A stretch of DNA of 64,000 nt from Polaribacter sp. (GTDB lineage Bacteria; Bacteroidota; Bacteroidia; Flavobacteriales; Flavobacteriaceae), in the NCBI GenBank assembly GCA_965659055.1, contig CBFHUV010000001.1, positions 2,715 through 66,714 of the forward strand, given 5' to 3'. Numbering within the stretch: position 1 is the first letter of the stretch; each line of letters starts with the position of its first letter. The position numbers and the translations under genes were made by a program. Under the pieces are notes generated by a model, which ran no database searches, was not told the origin of the DNA, and worked only from the letters and a program-made list of their open reading frames with translations. Of the stretch, positions 1 to 9,633 are shown piece after piece.

Positions 1-1149
1 CTCGTGGTAACCTGATTTTTGATAATGATGATGTAGGGGAGACATTTTAAAAATGCGTCTACCTTCTCCATATTTTTTTCGTGTATATTTAAAATAGGAT
101 ACCTGTAAAATCACCGATAGATTTTCAACAACGAAAATCCCTGCAAGAATCACTAACAACAATTCTTTTCGAATTGCAATGGCAATAACTGCGATAATTC
201 CACCTATGGTTAAGCTACCTGTATCACCCATAAAAACCTGTGCTGGGTAGGTGTTATACCATAAAAATCCAATCAAAGCACCCGCAAAGGCCAAAATGAA
301 TACGGTCATTTCACCAGAATTTGGAATGTACATGACATCTAAATAATCTGCAAAAATGATATTACCAGATACCCAGGCAAAAATTGCCAAGGTTATAACC
401 ATAATAGCGGAAGATCCTGCAGCCAAACCATCGATTCCATCGGTTAAATTGGCTCCATTTGATACTCCTGTTACGATAAAAACAACCACAAAAATGAAGA
501 TGATCCATGCATATTTTTCATATCCATCTCCTAAAAAACTAAGCGCTTTGGAATAGTCCAACTCATTGTCTTTTAAAAATGGGATGGTCGTTTTAGTCGA
601 TTTATGTTCATCTCCAAAAACATTTTTCTTTCCATCTAACTGAACCACTTGTTCAGCTGGAGTTAACTGCTCCTTAATGGTAACCTCTGGGTGGAAATAC
701 AGCATAGAGCCTACGATAATCCCCAAACCTATTTGACCCAATACCTTAAATTTTCCTTTTAATCCTCCCTTATCTTTTTTGAAGATTTTGATATAATCAT
801 CTACAAAACCAATAAAGCCCATCCATAGGGTTGTTATGATTAAGATGATTACATAGATATTCCCTAATTTTGCCAATAAAAATACTGGAAGCAAGGTTGC
901 CAAGATGATTATAATCCCACCCATGGTTGGTGTACCTGCTTTTTGAGCTTGCCCTTCTAATCCTAAATCTCGAATGCTTTCTCCAACTTGCTGACGCTGT
1001 AAAAACTTAATAATTCGCTTTCCAAAAATGGTTGAAATTAACAATGAAAATACAAAGGCTAGTGCAGCCCTAAAGGTGATAAACTGAAATACGCTGGCTC
1101 CAGTTAGATTGAATTGATTTTCTAGATATTCAAATAAATAATACAGCAT
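1..1149 (-). CDS. mraY: phospho-N-acetylmuramoyl-pentapeptide transferase MraY; 3' end cut by window edge
   Basis: Not in ORF track because no stop lies in the window. Manual translation from ATG at 1149 stays open to base 1: [31 protein letters not shown]...[19 protein letters not shown]...[15 protein letters not shown]. Follows murE in dcw order. Confidence 0.9.
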   Translation of the reverse strand, partial: MLYYLFEYLENQFNLTGASVFQFITFRAALAFVFSLLISTIFGKRIIKFLQRQQVGESIRDLGLEGQAQKAGTPTMGGIIIILATLLPVFLLAKLGNIYVIILIITTLWMGFIGFVDDYIKIFKKDKGGLKGKFKVLGQIGLGIIVGSMLYFHPEVTIKEQLTPAEQVVQLDGKKNVFGDEHKSTKTTIPFLKDNELDYSKALSFLGDGYEKYAWIIFIFVVVFIVTGVSNGANLTDGIDGLAAGSSAIMVITLAIFAWVSGNIIFADYLDVMYIPNSGEMTVFILAFAGALIGFLWYNTYPAQVFMGDTGSLTIGGIIAVIAIAIRKELLLVILAGIFVVENLSVILQVSYFKYTRKKYGEGRRIFKMSPLHHHYQKSGYHE

Positions 1150-1150
1150 A

Positions 1151-2611
1151 TTAGGCTTCTTGTTGAGTTAAACATTCGGCTACGATTTCAAAATCATCAA
1201 AGTGCGCACGTTGTCCATTAATTTCTTGATAATTTTCATGTCCTTTTCCTGCAATTAAAATGATATCTCCTTTTTTTGCAAGCTTACAAGCTGTCTTTAT
1301 AGCCTGCCTTCTATCTAAAATTGATAGTGTTTTATTTTGCAAATCAGAAGGGACTCCCAGTTCCATATCATTAAGTATACTTTGCGGGTCTTCTGTTCTA
1401 GGATTATCTGAGGTGAAAATTGCTTGATCACTTAATTGAGCAGCAATGTTCGCCATTTTAGGTCTCTTCGTTTTATCTCTATCTCCTCCGCAACCAACAA
1501 CAGTTAATACCTGTTCTTTCCCGGTGCGAATTCCTGAAATTGTTTCGAGTACATTTTTTAAAGCATCAGGTGTATGCGCATAATCTACAATTGCAGTAAT
1601 ATCATTTTTAATTAGATATTGAAAACGACCACTAACACTTTCCAATTCACTCACCAAACGCAAGACTTCCATTTCTTCTATACCACACAATTCTGCAGTA
1701 CCAATAATCGCAAGTAAATTATAGGCATTAAAAGATCCTATTAGCTTAGTCCAAACTTCTGTCCCTCCAATTGCCAATAAAGAACCCGAAATGCTTTTTT
1801 CTAAAATCTTTGCTCTGTAATCTGCCAAGGTTTTTAATGCATACGTCTTTTTAGTGGCCTTGGTGTTTTGTAGCATGATCGCTCCATTTTTATCATCTAT
1901 ATTGACCAATGCAAATGCTGATGCCGGCAATTCATCAAAAAATGTTTTTTTAACATCTCTATACGCCAAAAAAGTTTTGTGATAATCTAAATGATCATGA
2001 CTTAGGTTGGTAAAAATACCTCCTCTGAATAACAAGCCATGTGTTCTTTTCTGATCAATTCCGTGTGAACTAACCTCCATAAAACAATAGCTCACTCCTT
2101 CTTTTACCATTTGATCCAAGTAGGCATTAATAGTCATAGAATCGGGAGTTGTATGAGTTGCCTTATATTCATTTCCGTTTACCAATACTTTCACTGTAGA
2201 CAAAAGCCCCACTTTAAACCCAGCTTTTCGAAACAATTCATACAACAAGGTTGCAATGGTTGTTTTTCCATTGGTTCCAGTAACGCCAATTAGCTGTAAT
2301 TTTGAAGACGGCTTTTCATAAAAATTAGAGGCAAGAATCGCCAGTGCACTATGAGTATCCGCAACTTGTATATAGGTTATTTTTGGATTGATCTCTTTTG
2401 GAATTTGTTCACACACAATGGCAGTAGCCCCTAAATTAATGGCCTTTTCTATAAACAAATGACCATCTACTAAGGTTCCTTTTATAGCCACAAAAAGATC
2501 ATCTTGTACGATACTTTTGGAATCAAATACCACATTATGAATAGCAAGATCTGTAGCGCCCAGAACTTGTTCTAATGATATTTTATACAGTATGTCTTTT
2601 AAATTCTTCAC
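1151..2611 (-). CDS. murE: UDP-N-acetylmuramoyl-L-alanyl-D-glutamate--2,6-diaminopimelate ligase
   Basis: 486 aa ORF with GTG start. Mur ligase P-loop [10 protein letters not shown] and DNPRTEDP motif. Position between ftsI and mraY. Confidence 0.9.
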   Translation of the reverse strand: MKNLKDILYKISLEQVLGATDLAIHNVVFDSKSIVQDDLFVAIKGTLVDGHLFIEKAINLGATAIVCEQIPKEINPKITYIQVADTHSALAILASNFYEKPSSKLQLIGVTGTNGKTTIATLLYELFRKAGFKVGLLSTVKVLVNGNEYKATHTTPDSMTINAYLDQMVKEGVSYCFMEVSSHGIDQKRTHGLLFRGGIFTNLSHDHLDYHKTFLAYRDVKKTFFDELPASAFALVNIDDKNGAIMLQNTKATKKTYALKTLADYRAKILEKSISGSLLAIGGTEVWTKLIGSFNAYNLLAIIGTAELCGIEEMEVLRLVSELESVSGRFQYLIKNDITAIVDYAHTPDALKNVLETISGIRTGKEQVLTVVGCGGDRDKTKRPKMANIAAQLSDQAIFTSDNPRTEDPQSILNDMELGVPSDLQNKTLSILDRRQAIKTACKLAKKGDIILIAGKGHENYQEINGQRAHFDDFEIVAECLTQQEA

Positions 2612-2614
2612 GTA

Positions 2615-4600
2615 TTATGATAATTTCAAAATGATGACTTCTCCTTTTTTAAAGGACTCTCCTTTTCTTTTAGATTGATTTACAACAGATCCAGTTCCTG
2701 TAAACTTCACTTTTAAACCCATGTTTTCTAGTAGCGAAATAGCATCCATTCCAGACATCCCATACACATTTGGAACCTGGTTTGATGCGTTTGTGTTTTG
2801 CGTATAAAAAGAATTATAGGCTTGATTAATTTCTTTAAAATTTGGTGTATCCGAAACCTGCTGTACATTGACAGGAGTCGTGGTATAAATCTTTTGAGCG
2901 ATTTCTTTAAAAACTGGCGCGGCAACAGTTGCTCCGTAATACCCTTTCTCTTTTTTCGGCTCATGAATGACTACAATACAAGAATACTTGGGTTTATCAG
3001 CTGGAAAAAAACCAGCAAATGAAGCCACGTAGAGCTGATTTGAATAGCCTCCATTAAACGCCTTCTTTGCGGTTCCGGTCTTACCCGCCATAGAAAAATT
3101 TGGAGAATAGATATTGTCTGCAGTTCCTTTAATGACTACGTTTTCGAGAACCTTTCTCATCTTGTCAAGGGTTAACTGACTTGCTATTTTTGGGATCATT
3201 ACTTCCTTTTCGAAAATCTTTTCCGATTTATTTTGCATCCTCAACTCTTTAATAAATCGAGGCTTTATCATTTCTCCATTGTTGGCAATAGCGTTGTAAA
3301 AAGTTAAAATTTGTAATGGCGTAAAGGAAACACCGTAGCCCCAGGCCATCCATTCTAATGAAATCTTATTCCAGACATTTTTATTTGCTGGTGAAGGTAT
3401 AAAAGGAGTTCCTTCTCCTTCAATTGGTATGCCAATTTTACTACCCAAGCCAAAAGAATTTAACTTATCGACAAACTTTTGAGGATTGTCATCATAGTAC
3501 TTTCGAATCAATTTCACAATTCCAACATTTGAGGATACCTCAATCACTCGGCCTGCTGAAATTTCTCCATAGCCTCCTTTGTGTGAATCTTCAACTTTGC
3601 TCCCGTGTAATATTAAAATTCCACGTTCAGTATCAACCACTGTAGAGGTGTCTATAACCTTATCCTCCAAGGCAACCATCAAGCTTGCTACCTTAAAAGT
3701 TGAACCTGGCTCTTGAGACTCCCAAACCGCATAGTTTCTCTTTTCGTAATAAGTGCCTTCTGAGGTTCTTCCTAAGTTTGCAATGGCCTTGATTTCTCCG
3801 GTAGCCGTTTCCATCACAATTGCACAGCCATGATCAGCTTCAAAATATTGCAATTGACGCAACAAAGCGTGATGGGTAATATCTTGAATGTTGATATCGA
3901 TGGTCGTAATAACATCTCTTCCATCAATAGGTTCCTTTTCATTGACATCGTTGATTGGTTTCCACTGACCTTTTGCAATCTTTTGTTTCAATCGCCAGCC
4001 GTTTTCACCTTCTAAATACTTTGCAAAAGCACCTTCGATTCCTGCACCTCCTCTAAAATCATCATAGCCTATCGTTCTCTCGGCAATCTTTCCAATCGGC
4101 TTTACTCGAATGGTTTTTTGCTCAGTTATAAACCCACCTCGATAAGCCCCCAACTTAAAAATTGGGAATTGTTTCATTTTTATATAATCATTGTAGCCTA
4201 AATCTCTTGCAATTAAGAGATATCTGTTTTTTTGCTTTCTCGCCAGACTTAATTTTTCTTTATAATGAGCGGGAGACTCCCCTAAGAGTTGCGCCAGCGA
4301 ATTGGATAATGCCGTAAGATCTCGGTCAAATACTTTTTTATTAATAGCCACTAAATCCATGCGCACTGTATACTTATACATGGAGGTTGCCAATAAATTT
4401 CCATCTGAGGCATAGACATTTCCTCTGTTAGAAAAAATAGTATCGTTTTTTATAGTATTCTCTACGGAAAGCTTTCGGTATTTGTCCCCTTGAACATATT
4501 GAATGTTAAAAACACGCACAAATAAAACCACCAAAAAAAGCGTCATTAAACCAGTGACTATATATAGTTTGTTTAATATGCTTTTTTTTAGAGTGCTCAA
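2615..4600 (-). CDS. ftsI: class B penicillin-binding protein (division transpeptidase, FtsI-like) with C-terminal PASTA-like domain
   Basis: 661 aa with N-terminal TM segment. Transpeptidase motifs STFK, SSN and KTGT. dcw context. Confidence 0.85.
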   Translation of the reverse strand: MSTLKKSILNKLYIVTGLMTLFLVVLFVRVFNIQYVQGDKYRKLSVENTIKNDTIFSNRGNVYASDGNLLATSMYKYTVRMDLVAINKKVFDRDLTALSNSLAQLLGESPAHYKEKLSLARKQKNRYLLIARDLGYNDYIKMKQFPIFKLGAYRGGFITEQKTIRVKPIGKIAERTIGYDDFRGGAGIEGAFAKYLEGENGWRLKQKIAKGQWKPINDVNEKEPIDGRDVITTIDINIQDITHHALLRQLQYFEADHGCAIVMETATGEIKAIANLGRTSEGTYYEKRNYAVWESQEPGSTFKVASLMVALEDKVIDTSTVVDTERGILILHGSKVEDSHKGGYGEISAGRVIEVSSNVGIVKLIRKYYDDNPQKFVDKLNSFGLGSKIGIPIEGEGTPFIPSPANKNVWNKISLEWMAWGYGVSFTPLQILTFYNAIANNGEMIKPRFIKELRMQNKSEKIFEKEVMIPKIASQLTLDKMRKVLENVVIKGTADNIYSPNFSMAGKTGTAKKAFNGGYSNQLYVASFAGFFPADKPKYSCIVVIHEPKKEKGYYGATVAAPVFKEIAQKIYTTTPVNVQQVSDTPNFKEINQAYNSFYTQNTNASNQVPNVYGMSGMDAISLLENMGLKVKFTGTGSVVNQSKRKGESFKKGEVIILKLS

Positions 4601-4602
4601 GA

Positions 4603-4953
4603 TTAATCTTTTTTATAGGTTACTTTTATTTTTTGCGGTGAGGTTTCTGCTGGAGCCAAGCCTTTGGCTTTTACTCGCTGTCGGATATTCGACTCCATTT
4701 TCATCCGCATTAAAATGGTTTTTGTATCAATATATTCTGCCCTGACCTCTCGCTGCAATTTGTTTAAGGTTGCAATTTTTTGAACTTTTCCATCGGCTCT
4801 ATGTCCACTAGAAATCATAACCAACAAAAGCACCACGATAAAAATGATAATCCGCCAATTTTTAAAGGCAGATTCATCCGTAAGGAAGCTACCCCTTAGA
4901 ATATCATATATATTTTTTCTAACCTTTGCATTCATTTTACTTGAGGGTTGCAA
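4603..4953 (-). CDS. FtsL-like small bitopic cell-division protein
   Basis: 116 aa with one TM (IIIFIVVLLLVMISS). Lies between rsmH and ftsI and overlaps the rsmH stop. Called by position only. Confidence 0.6.
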   Translation of the reverse strand: MQPSSKMNAKVRKNIYDILRGSFLTDESAFKNWRIIIFIVVLLLVMISSGHRADGKVQKIATLNKLQREVRAEYIDTKTILMRMKMESNIRQRVKAKGLAPAETSPQKIKVTYKKD

Positions 4954-5833
4954 TTCTTAATTTAGCACTACGAGCCCTATTGTTTTCTTTAATTTCTGCC
5001 GAGCTAGGCACAATTAACTTTCCAACTTTCTTTAAGGGAACAGCGATGTTTCCAAAAAAATCCTTTTCGGGCTCGCCACTAAATAAACCAGTCTGAATAA
5101 ACCTTTTTACCAATCTGTCTTCTAAAGAATGATAAGAGATTATACTTAATCTTCCATCTTCATTCAACAATTCTGGCATCTGTTCTAAAAACTCTTTTAG
5201 AACTTCCAATTCTTGATTTACCTCAATGCGCACAGCTTGAAAAATTTGCGCCAATATTTTATGTTCTTTTGCAGTTGGCAAATGCTTTTTCAATACATTT
5301 TTTAACTGAAAACTTGTTGTAATTTCTTCTAATTCTCGAGCTTCAACGATGGTCTTTGCCAAGGCTCTAGCATTTCTTAACTCTCCATACAAAAACAAGA
5401 TATCTGCTAACATTTCTTCTGGATACTTGTTGATGATTTTCTTTGCTGACAAATTTGACTTCTGATCCATTCGCATGTCCAAGTCTGCATCAAAGCGGGT
5501 AGAAAAACCTCGTTCTGCGGCATCAAACTGATGCGAAGAAACTCCTAAATCAGCCAAAACACCATCTACTTTCGGTATTCTATAAAATTTTAAAAAACGT
5601 GTTATATGACGAAAGTTTTCTGCAATCAACACAAAGCGATCATCCTCAATTTTATTTTCCCAAGCATCTGGATCTTGATCAAAGGCGAACAATTTTCCAT
5701 TCGGTCCCAAACGACTTAAAATAGCTCTTGAATGACCTCCACCTCCAAAAGTTACATCGACATAAATTCCATCGGGTTTAATAGCCAACGCGTCCACACT
5801 TTCTTGCAATAAAACTGGATTATGATAACTCAT
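4937..5833 (-). CDS. rsmH: 16S rRNA (cytosine1402-N4)-methyltransferase
   Basis: 298 aa with the SAM-site motif DVTFGGGGHS. Second gene of the dcw cluster. Confidence 0.9.
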   Translation of the reverse strand: MSYHNPVLLQESVDALAIKPDGIYVDVTFGGGGHSRAILSRLGPNGKLFAFDQDPDAWENKIEDDRFVLIAENFRHITRFLKFYRIPKVDGVLADLGVSSHQFDAAERGFSTRFDADLDMRMDQKSNLSAKKIINKYPEEMLADILFLYGELRNARALAKTIVEARELEEITTSFQLKNVLKKHLPTAKEHKILAQIFQAVRIEVNQELEVLKEFLEQMPELLNEDGRLSIISYHSLEDRLVKRFIQTGLFSGEPEKDFFGNIAVPLKKVGKLIVPSSAEIKENNRARSAKLRIATLK

Positions 5834-6287
5834 CTGCGTCGGTATTACCCATTACTTCTTCTGCCAATTCAGCAAAGTCTAGCGCCGCATCATCAATGGC
5901 TTTTTCGTATTTGTCTTTATTCCAAATCTCGATGATATTCACCGCAGAAGACAAAACAATTTCTTTTTCAATCCCTGCAAACGAGCACAGGTCTTTGGGA
6001 ATCAACAAACGACCAGAAGCATCCAGTTCTACAATTTTTACACCTGCAGTAAACCTCCTGATAAAGTCATTGTTCTTCTTTACAAATCGATTTAGCTTAT
6101 TAATCCTTCCCATCATTAAATTCCATTCTGCCATCGGATACAATTCCAAACAAGGCTGAAAAACACTTCTCTTCAATACAAAACCATCAGCCACAACAGC
6201 ATGTAGCTGCTTTTTGAGAGCCGATGAAAACATCAATCTCCCTTTAGCATCTGCCTTTACTTCGTATGTGCCTGTTAGGTGAATCAA
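5820..6287 (-). CDS. mraZ: division/cell wall cluster transcriptional regulator MraZ
   Basis: Two DxxxR-type repeats (DAKGRL, DASGRLLIP). The ORF track extends to 6347 across the promoter; a TTG at 6287 gives MIHLTGTYEV and 155 aa, the usual MraZ size. Confidence 0.85.
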   Translation of the reverse strand: MIHLTGTYEVKADAKGRLMFSSALKKQLHAVVADGFVLKRSVFQPCLELYPMAEWNLMMGRINKLNRFVKKNNDFIRRFTAGVKIVELDASGRLLIPKDLCSFAGIEKEIVLSSAVNIIEIWNKDKYEKAIDDAALDFAELAEEVMGNTDADELS

Positions 6288-6314
6288 AACTGTATGTGCT
6301 TCTAATATGTTTTT

Positions 6315-6322
6315 CAAAAATA
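6315..6322 (-). promoter_or_regulatory. Bacteroidetes-type -7 promoter box (TATTTTTG on gene strand) for the mraZ/dcw operon
   Basis: caaaaata on the + strand is TAnnTTTG on the minus strand, about 28 nt upstream of the proposed mraZ start. Confidence 0.55.
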
Positions 6323-6330
6323 TAAATTTT

Positions 6331-6360
6331 TTACCACTTTTTACCACTTTTTACCACTTT
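6331..6360 (-). promoter_or_regulatory. MraZ operator: three perfect tandem 10-bp repeats
   Basis: ttaccacttt x3 with no spacer, which is AAAGTGGTAA x3 on the mraZ strand, directly upstream of the -7 box. Confidence 0.7.
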
Positions 6361-6461
6361 GTTGATAAGTTTTGAATTTTCAGGTAAATGATTGACAATC
6401 TTTCAACTAAATACCTTAAAATTGGAAATTCATTAAAAATGAATATGTAACAAAAAAAAAC

Positions 6462-6469
6462 TACATTTG
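6462..6469 (+). promoter_or_regulatory. -7 promoter box TACATTTG for the hydrolase-yihA-rluA-like operon
   Basis: Exact TAnnTTTG match 25 nt upstream of the ATG at 6494. Confidence 0.5.
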
Positions 6470-6493
6470 CGCTTAAGTCAAATGAAATAGACA

Positions 6494-7258
6494 ATGACGA
6501 AAATTTTAAAAACTGAAGGCAAATTTACTTATGCCGAAGCCGGAGAGGGTCAAGCGATTATTATTTTGCATGGACTGATGGGCGCATTGAGTAATTTTGA
6601 TAGCACTTTTAATCATTTCTCTTCCAAAGGATATAAGGTTTTGATTCCTGAGTTGCCTTTGTATTCATTGCCCTTATTAAAAACCAATGTTAAAAATTTA
6701 GCAAAATTTTTACATAGCTTTATTACCTTTAAAAAACTTGATAAAGTAGTTTTATTAGGAAATTCTTTAGGGGGGCATATTGGGCTTTATTTTACCAAAC
6801 ATTATCCGGACAAAGTCGCTGCTTTGGTTTTGACAGGAAGCTCTGGACTTTATGAAAATTCCATGGGAGATAGCTATCCAAAAAGAGGTGATCGAAACTA
6901 TGTGACCCAAAAGGCTCAAGATGTTTTTTATGATCCTTCTATTGCTACTGAAGAATTGATTGATGATGTCTATGTGGTTATTAATGATCGGAATTCTTTG
7001 ATTCGAACTTTGGCCATTGCCAAAAGCGCGATTCGTCATAATATGGCTAAAGATTTGCCAAATATGCATCAACCTACCTGCCTTATCTGGGGAAAACAAG
7101 ACAAGGTTACTCCTCCAGAAGTGGCTATTGATTTTAACAAACTATTGCCAGATTCTGATTTGTTTTGGATCGATAAATGTGGCCATGCAGCCATGATGGA
7201 AACTCCAGAAGAATTTAACCAGGTCCTTGATAATTGGCTTAAGGAAAGAAACCTATAA
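6494..7258 (+). CDS. alpha/beta-fold hydrolase
   Basis: 254 aa with nucleophile elbow GNSLGG and a C-terminal GH (CGHAAM) typical of the fold. Confidence 0.8.
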   Translation: MTKILKTEGKFTYAEAGEGQAIIILHGLMGALSNFDSTFNHFSSKGYKVLIPELPLYSLPLLKTNVKNLAKFLHSFITFKKLDKVVLLGNSLGGHIGLYFTKHYPDKVAALVLTGSSGLYENSMGDSYPKRGDRNYVTQKAQDVFYDPSIATEELIDDVYVVINDRNSLIRTLAIAKSAIRHNMAKDLPNMHQPTCLIWGKQDKVTPPEVAIDFNKLLPDSDLFWIDKCGHAAMMETPEEFNQVLDNWLKERNL

Positions 7259-7260
7259 TC

Positions 7261-7872
7261 ATGAAAATTAAATCGGCAGAATTTATCATCAGTAATACTG
7301 ATGTACAGAAATGCCCAACAGAAAGAATTCCTGAGTATGCCTTTATTGGTCGCTCTAATGTTGGAAAGTCTTCTTTGATTAATATGTTGATGGAGCGAAA
7401 AGATTTAGCAAAAATCTCTGGTACTCCAGGGAAAACGCAGCTCATCAACCATTTTAAAATAAACAATACTTGGCATTTAGTTGATTTACCTGGCTATGGT
7501 TATGCTAAGGTTTCTAAAAAAATGCGCGCTGGTTTTCAAGAGTTTATTGAAGATTATTTTATTCTAAGAGAGCAGCTAGTTTGCACCTTTGTTTTGATAG
7601 ATAGTAGGCATGATCCACAAAAAATTGACTTAGATTTTATGCAATTTTTAGGAGAAAAAAGCATTCCGTTTTGCATCGTCTTTACCAAAGCAGATAAATT
7701 AGGGAGCTCTAAATTGAATCAGCAAATTGTCTCTTATAAAAAGAAATTATTGGCTTCTTGGGAAACTGCACCCATGTCATTTGTCACTTCTTCATCTTCA
7801 GGTTTTGGCCGTAAAGAATTCTTAGATTTTATAGACGGTGTCAATGCAGATGTCGTCGATGATTTTAAATAA
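7261..7872 (+). CDS. yihA: ribosome biogenesis GTP-binding protein YihA/YsxC (EngB)
   Basis: 203 aa with G1 GRSNVGKSSLIN, DLPGYGYA and TKADK. Confidence 0.9.
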   Translation: MKIKSAEFIISNTDVQKCPTERIPEYAFIGRSNVGKSSLINMLMERKDLAKISGTPGKTQLINHFKINNTWHLVDLPGYGYAKVSKKMRAGFQEFIEDYFILREQLVCTFVLIDSRHDPQKIDLDFMQFLGEKSIPFCIVFTKADKLGSSKLNQQIVSYKKKLLASWETAPMSFVTSSSSGFGRKEFLDFIDGVNADVVDDFK

Positions 7873-7878
7873 ACTGCC

Positions 7879-8565
7879 ATGCAATCATCCAAAGAAAATT
7901 TACAAATTTTACTGGAAGATAACCATCTAATTATCATTAATAAAAGAGCTGGAGACATCACCCAAGGAGATAAAACAGGTGATACCCCATTAAGTGATGT
8001 GGTAAAAGCCTACATTAAGGAGAAACATCAAAAACCTGGCAATGTATTTTTAGGGGTAGTCCATCGACTAGATAGACCCACTTCTGGAGCAATTATTTTT
8101 GCAAAAACATCGAAGGCTTTGGAAAGACTCAACAAGATGCTTCGCGATAAAATTATTCATAAAACCTATTGGGCTATTGTAAAAAACCCTCCTAAAAAAC
8201 AAGGGGATACCTTGGTTAATTTTTTAAAGAAAAACCCAAAAAATAACAAATCTTCTGTCTATACTGATGAAATCGAAGGGAGCAAAAAGGCAATATTACA
8301 CTATAAAACCATTAAAAAACTAGACAATTATAGCCTACTTGAAATCGATTTGGAAACCGGGAGACACCACCAAATCAGAGCTCAGCTTTCTGCAATTGGC
8401 TGCCCTATTAAAGGAGATTTAAAATACGGCTTTAACAGAAGCAACAAGGACGGAAGCATACATCTTCACGCCCGAAAAATTGAATTCACACATCCTGTAA
8501 GCCAAGAAAAAATAAGTCTTACAGCCCCTTTGCCTAAAGATGCTGTTTGGGATTCTTGTCAATAA
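7879..8565 (+). CDS. RluA-family pseudouridine synthase
   Basis: 228 aa with catalytic motif HRLDRPTSG and a later HQIRAQL motif. Confidence 0.85.
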   Translation: MQSSKENLQILLEDNHLIIINKRAGDITQGDKTGDTPLSDVVKAYIKEKHQKPGNVFLGVVHRLDRPTSGAIIFAKTSKALERLNKMLRDKIIHKTYWAIVKNPPKKQGDTLVNFLKKNPKNNKSSVYTDEIEGSKKAILHYKTIKKLDNYSLLEIDLETGRHHQIRAQLSAIGCPIKGDLKYGFNRSNKDGSIHLHARKIEFTHPVSQEKISLTAPLPKDAVWDSCQ

Positions 8566-8598
8566 ATTTTTGTATATTGGGACCTATTTATCTCATAT

Positions 8599-9630
8599 AT
8601 GAAAAGTTTAAAATTTCTCTCTTTTCTGGTACTTCCAGTGAGTGTATATATTTCGTTTACCTCTCATGGTTTACTTAGTTATTTGCCTTTATTCTTATTC
8701 TTTGGACTTTTGCCAATACTAGAGTTTGCTTTTCCGGCGGATGCTGAAAATCTTGATAAAGAAAACGCAAAAAAAGAAAAAGAAAACAAGGTGTATACCT
8801 ATATTTTATACCTGTGTATTCCAATACAATGCTATTTTTTATACTGGTTTTTTGAAGTGGTTCAAGAGCCTGACCTAGCCCTTTCTGATTTGATTGGCCG
8901 CATCATTGCGATGGGATTGATGTGTGGCGTTATTGGGATCAATGTAGGTCATGAACTTGGGCATAGAAATAATAGAGTCAATGAATTCTTAGGTGAAATA
9001 TTACTTTTGAGTTCTTTGAATACCCATTTTTTACCCTACCACAACGGTGGGCATCATCTGGAAGTTGCAACCCCAAAAGATGCAGCAACTGCCAGAAAAA
9101 ATGAATGGCTTTATATCTTTTGGTTTCGCTCTCATTTTACTAGTTATGCCAAAGCTTGGAAACTCGAAAACCAGCGTTTAAAAAACAGCAATAGACCTTG
9201 GTTTCACTATCAAAATAGAATGGTTATTTATAGCCTTTGTAACCTACTACTAATTACTGGAATTTACCTCATTTATGGAAAAATAGTACTGCTTGCATTT
9301 GTAGTAGCGGCTATTTTTGGCATCTTTCTTTTACAGACAGTTAATTATATTGAGCATTATGGTCTTTTGCGAAAACAGGATGAAAATGGACGTTACGAGC
9401 GTGTAAAAAGAACCCATTCTTGGAATTCAGACCATGTACTTGGCAAAATGATGCTTTTTAATCTTTCCAGACATTCCGACCATCATTACAATGGAAGCAA
9501 ACACTATCAATTACTTAACTCTTTACCAGAAAGCCCTCAAATGCCAACCGGTTACCCCGGAATGATGCTAATGGCACTAATTCCACCATTATGGTTTCGC
9601 TTTATGAATAAAAAACTACAAGCCAATTAA
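8599..9630 (+). CDS. alkB: alkane 1-monooxygenase (AlkB, membrane di-iron fatty-acid-desaturase superfamily)
   Basis: 343 aa polytopic protein. His boxes HELGHR, HNGGHH and LSRHSDHH, plus NYIEHYGL. Confidence 0.8.
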   Translation: MKSLKFLSFLVLPVSVYISFTSHGLLSYLPLFLFFGLLPILEFAFPADAENLDKENAKKEKENKVYTYILYLCIPIQCYFLYWFFEVVQEPDLALSDLIGRIIAMGLMCGVIGINVGHELGHRNNRVNEFLGEILLLSSLNTHFLPYHNGGHHLEVATPKDAATARKNEWLYIFWFRSHFTSYAKAWKLENQRLKNSNRPWFHYQNRMVIYSLCNLLLITGIYLIYGKIVLLAFVVAAIFGIFLLQTVNYIEHYGLLRKQDENGRYERVKRTHSWNSDHVLGKMMLFNLSRHSDHHYNGSKHYQLLNSLPESPQMPTGYPGMMLMALIPPLWFRFMNKKLQAN

Positions 9631-9633
9631 CTT

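Noticed and set aside
6288-6347. N-terminal extensions given by the ORF track. Affected genes: mraZ to 6347, acylase to 14157, DegT from 14184, AhpD-like from 19924, FAD oxidoreductase from 25949, greA to 49944, M3 peptidase from 52159, CarboxypepD_reg from 54287, barrel paralog 2 from 56394, heme-binding protein to 58757, pabB from 62263, and 63537.
   Set aside because: The extensions run across TAnnTTTG promoter boxes or operators, add residues atypical for the families, or precede obvious signal peptides. Internal ATG or TTG starts were preferred.
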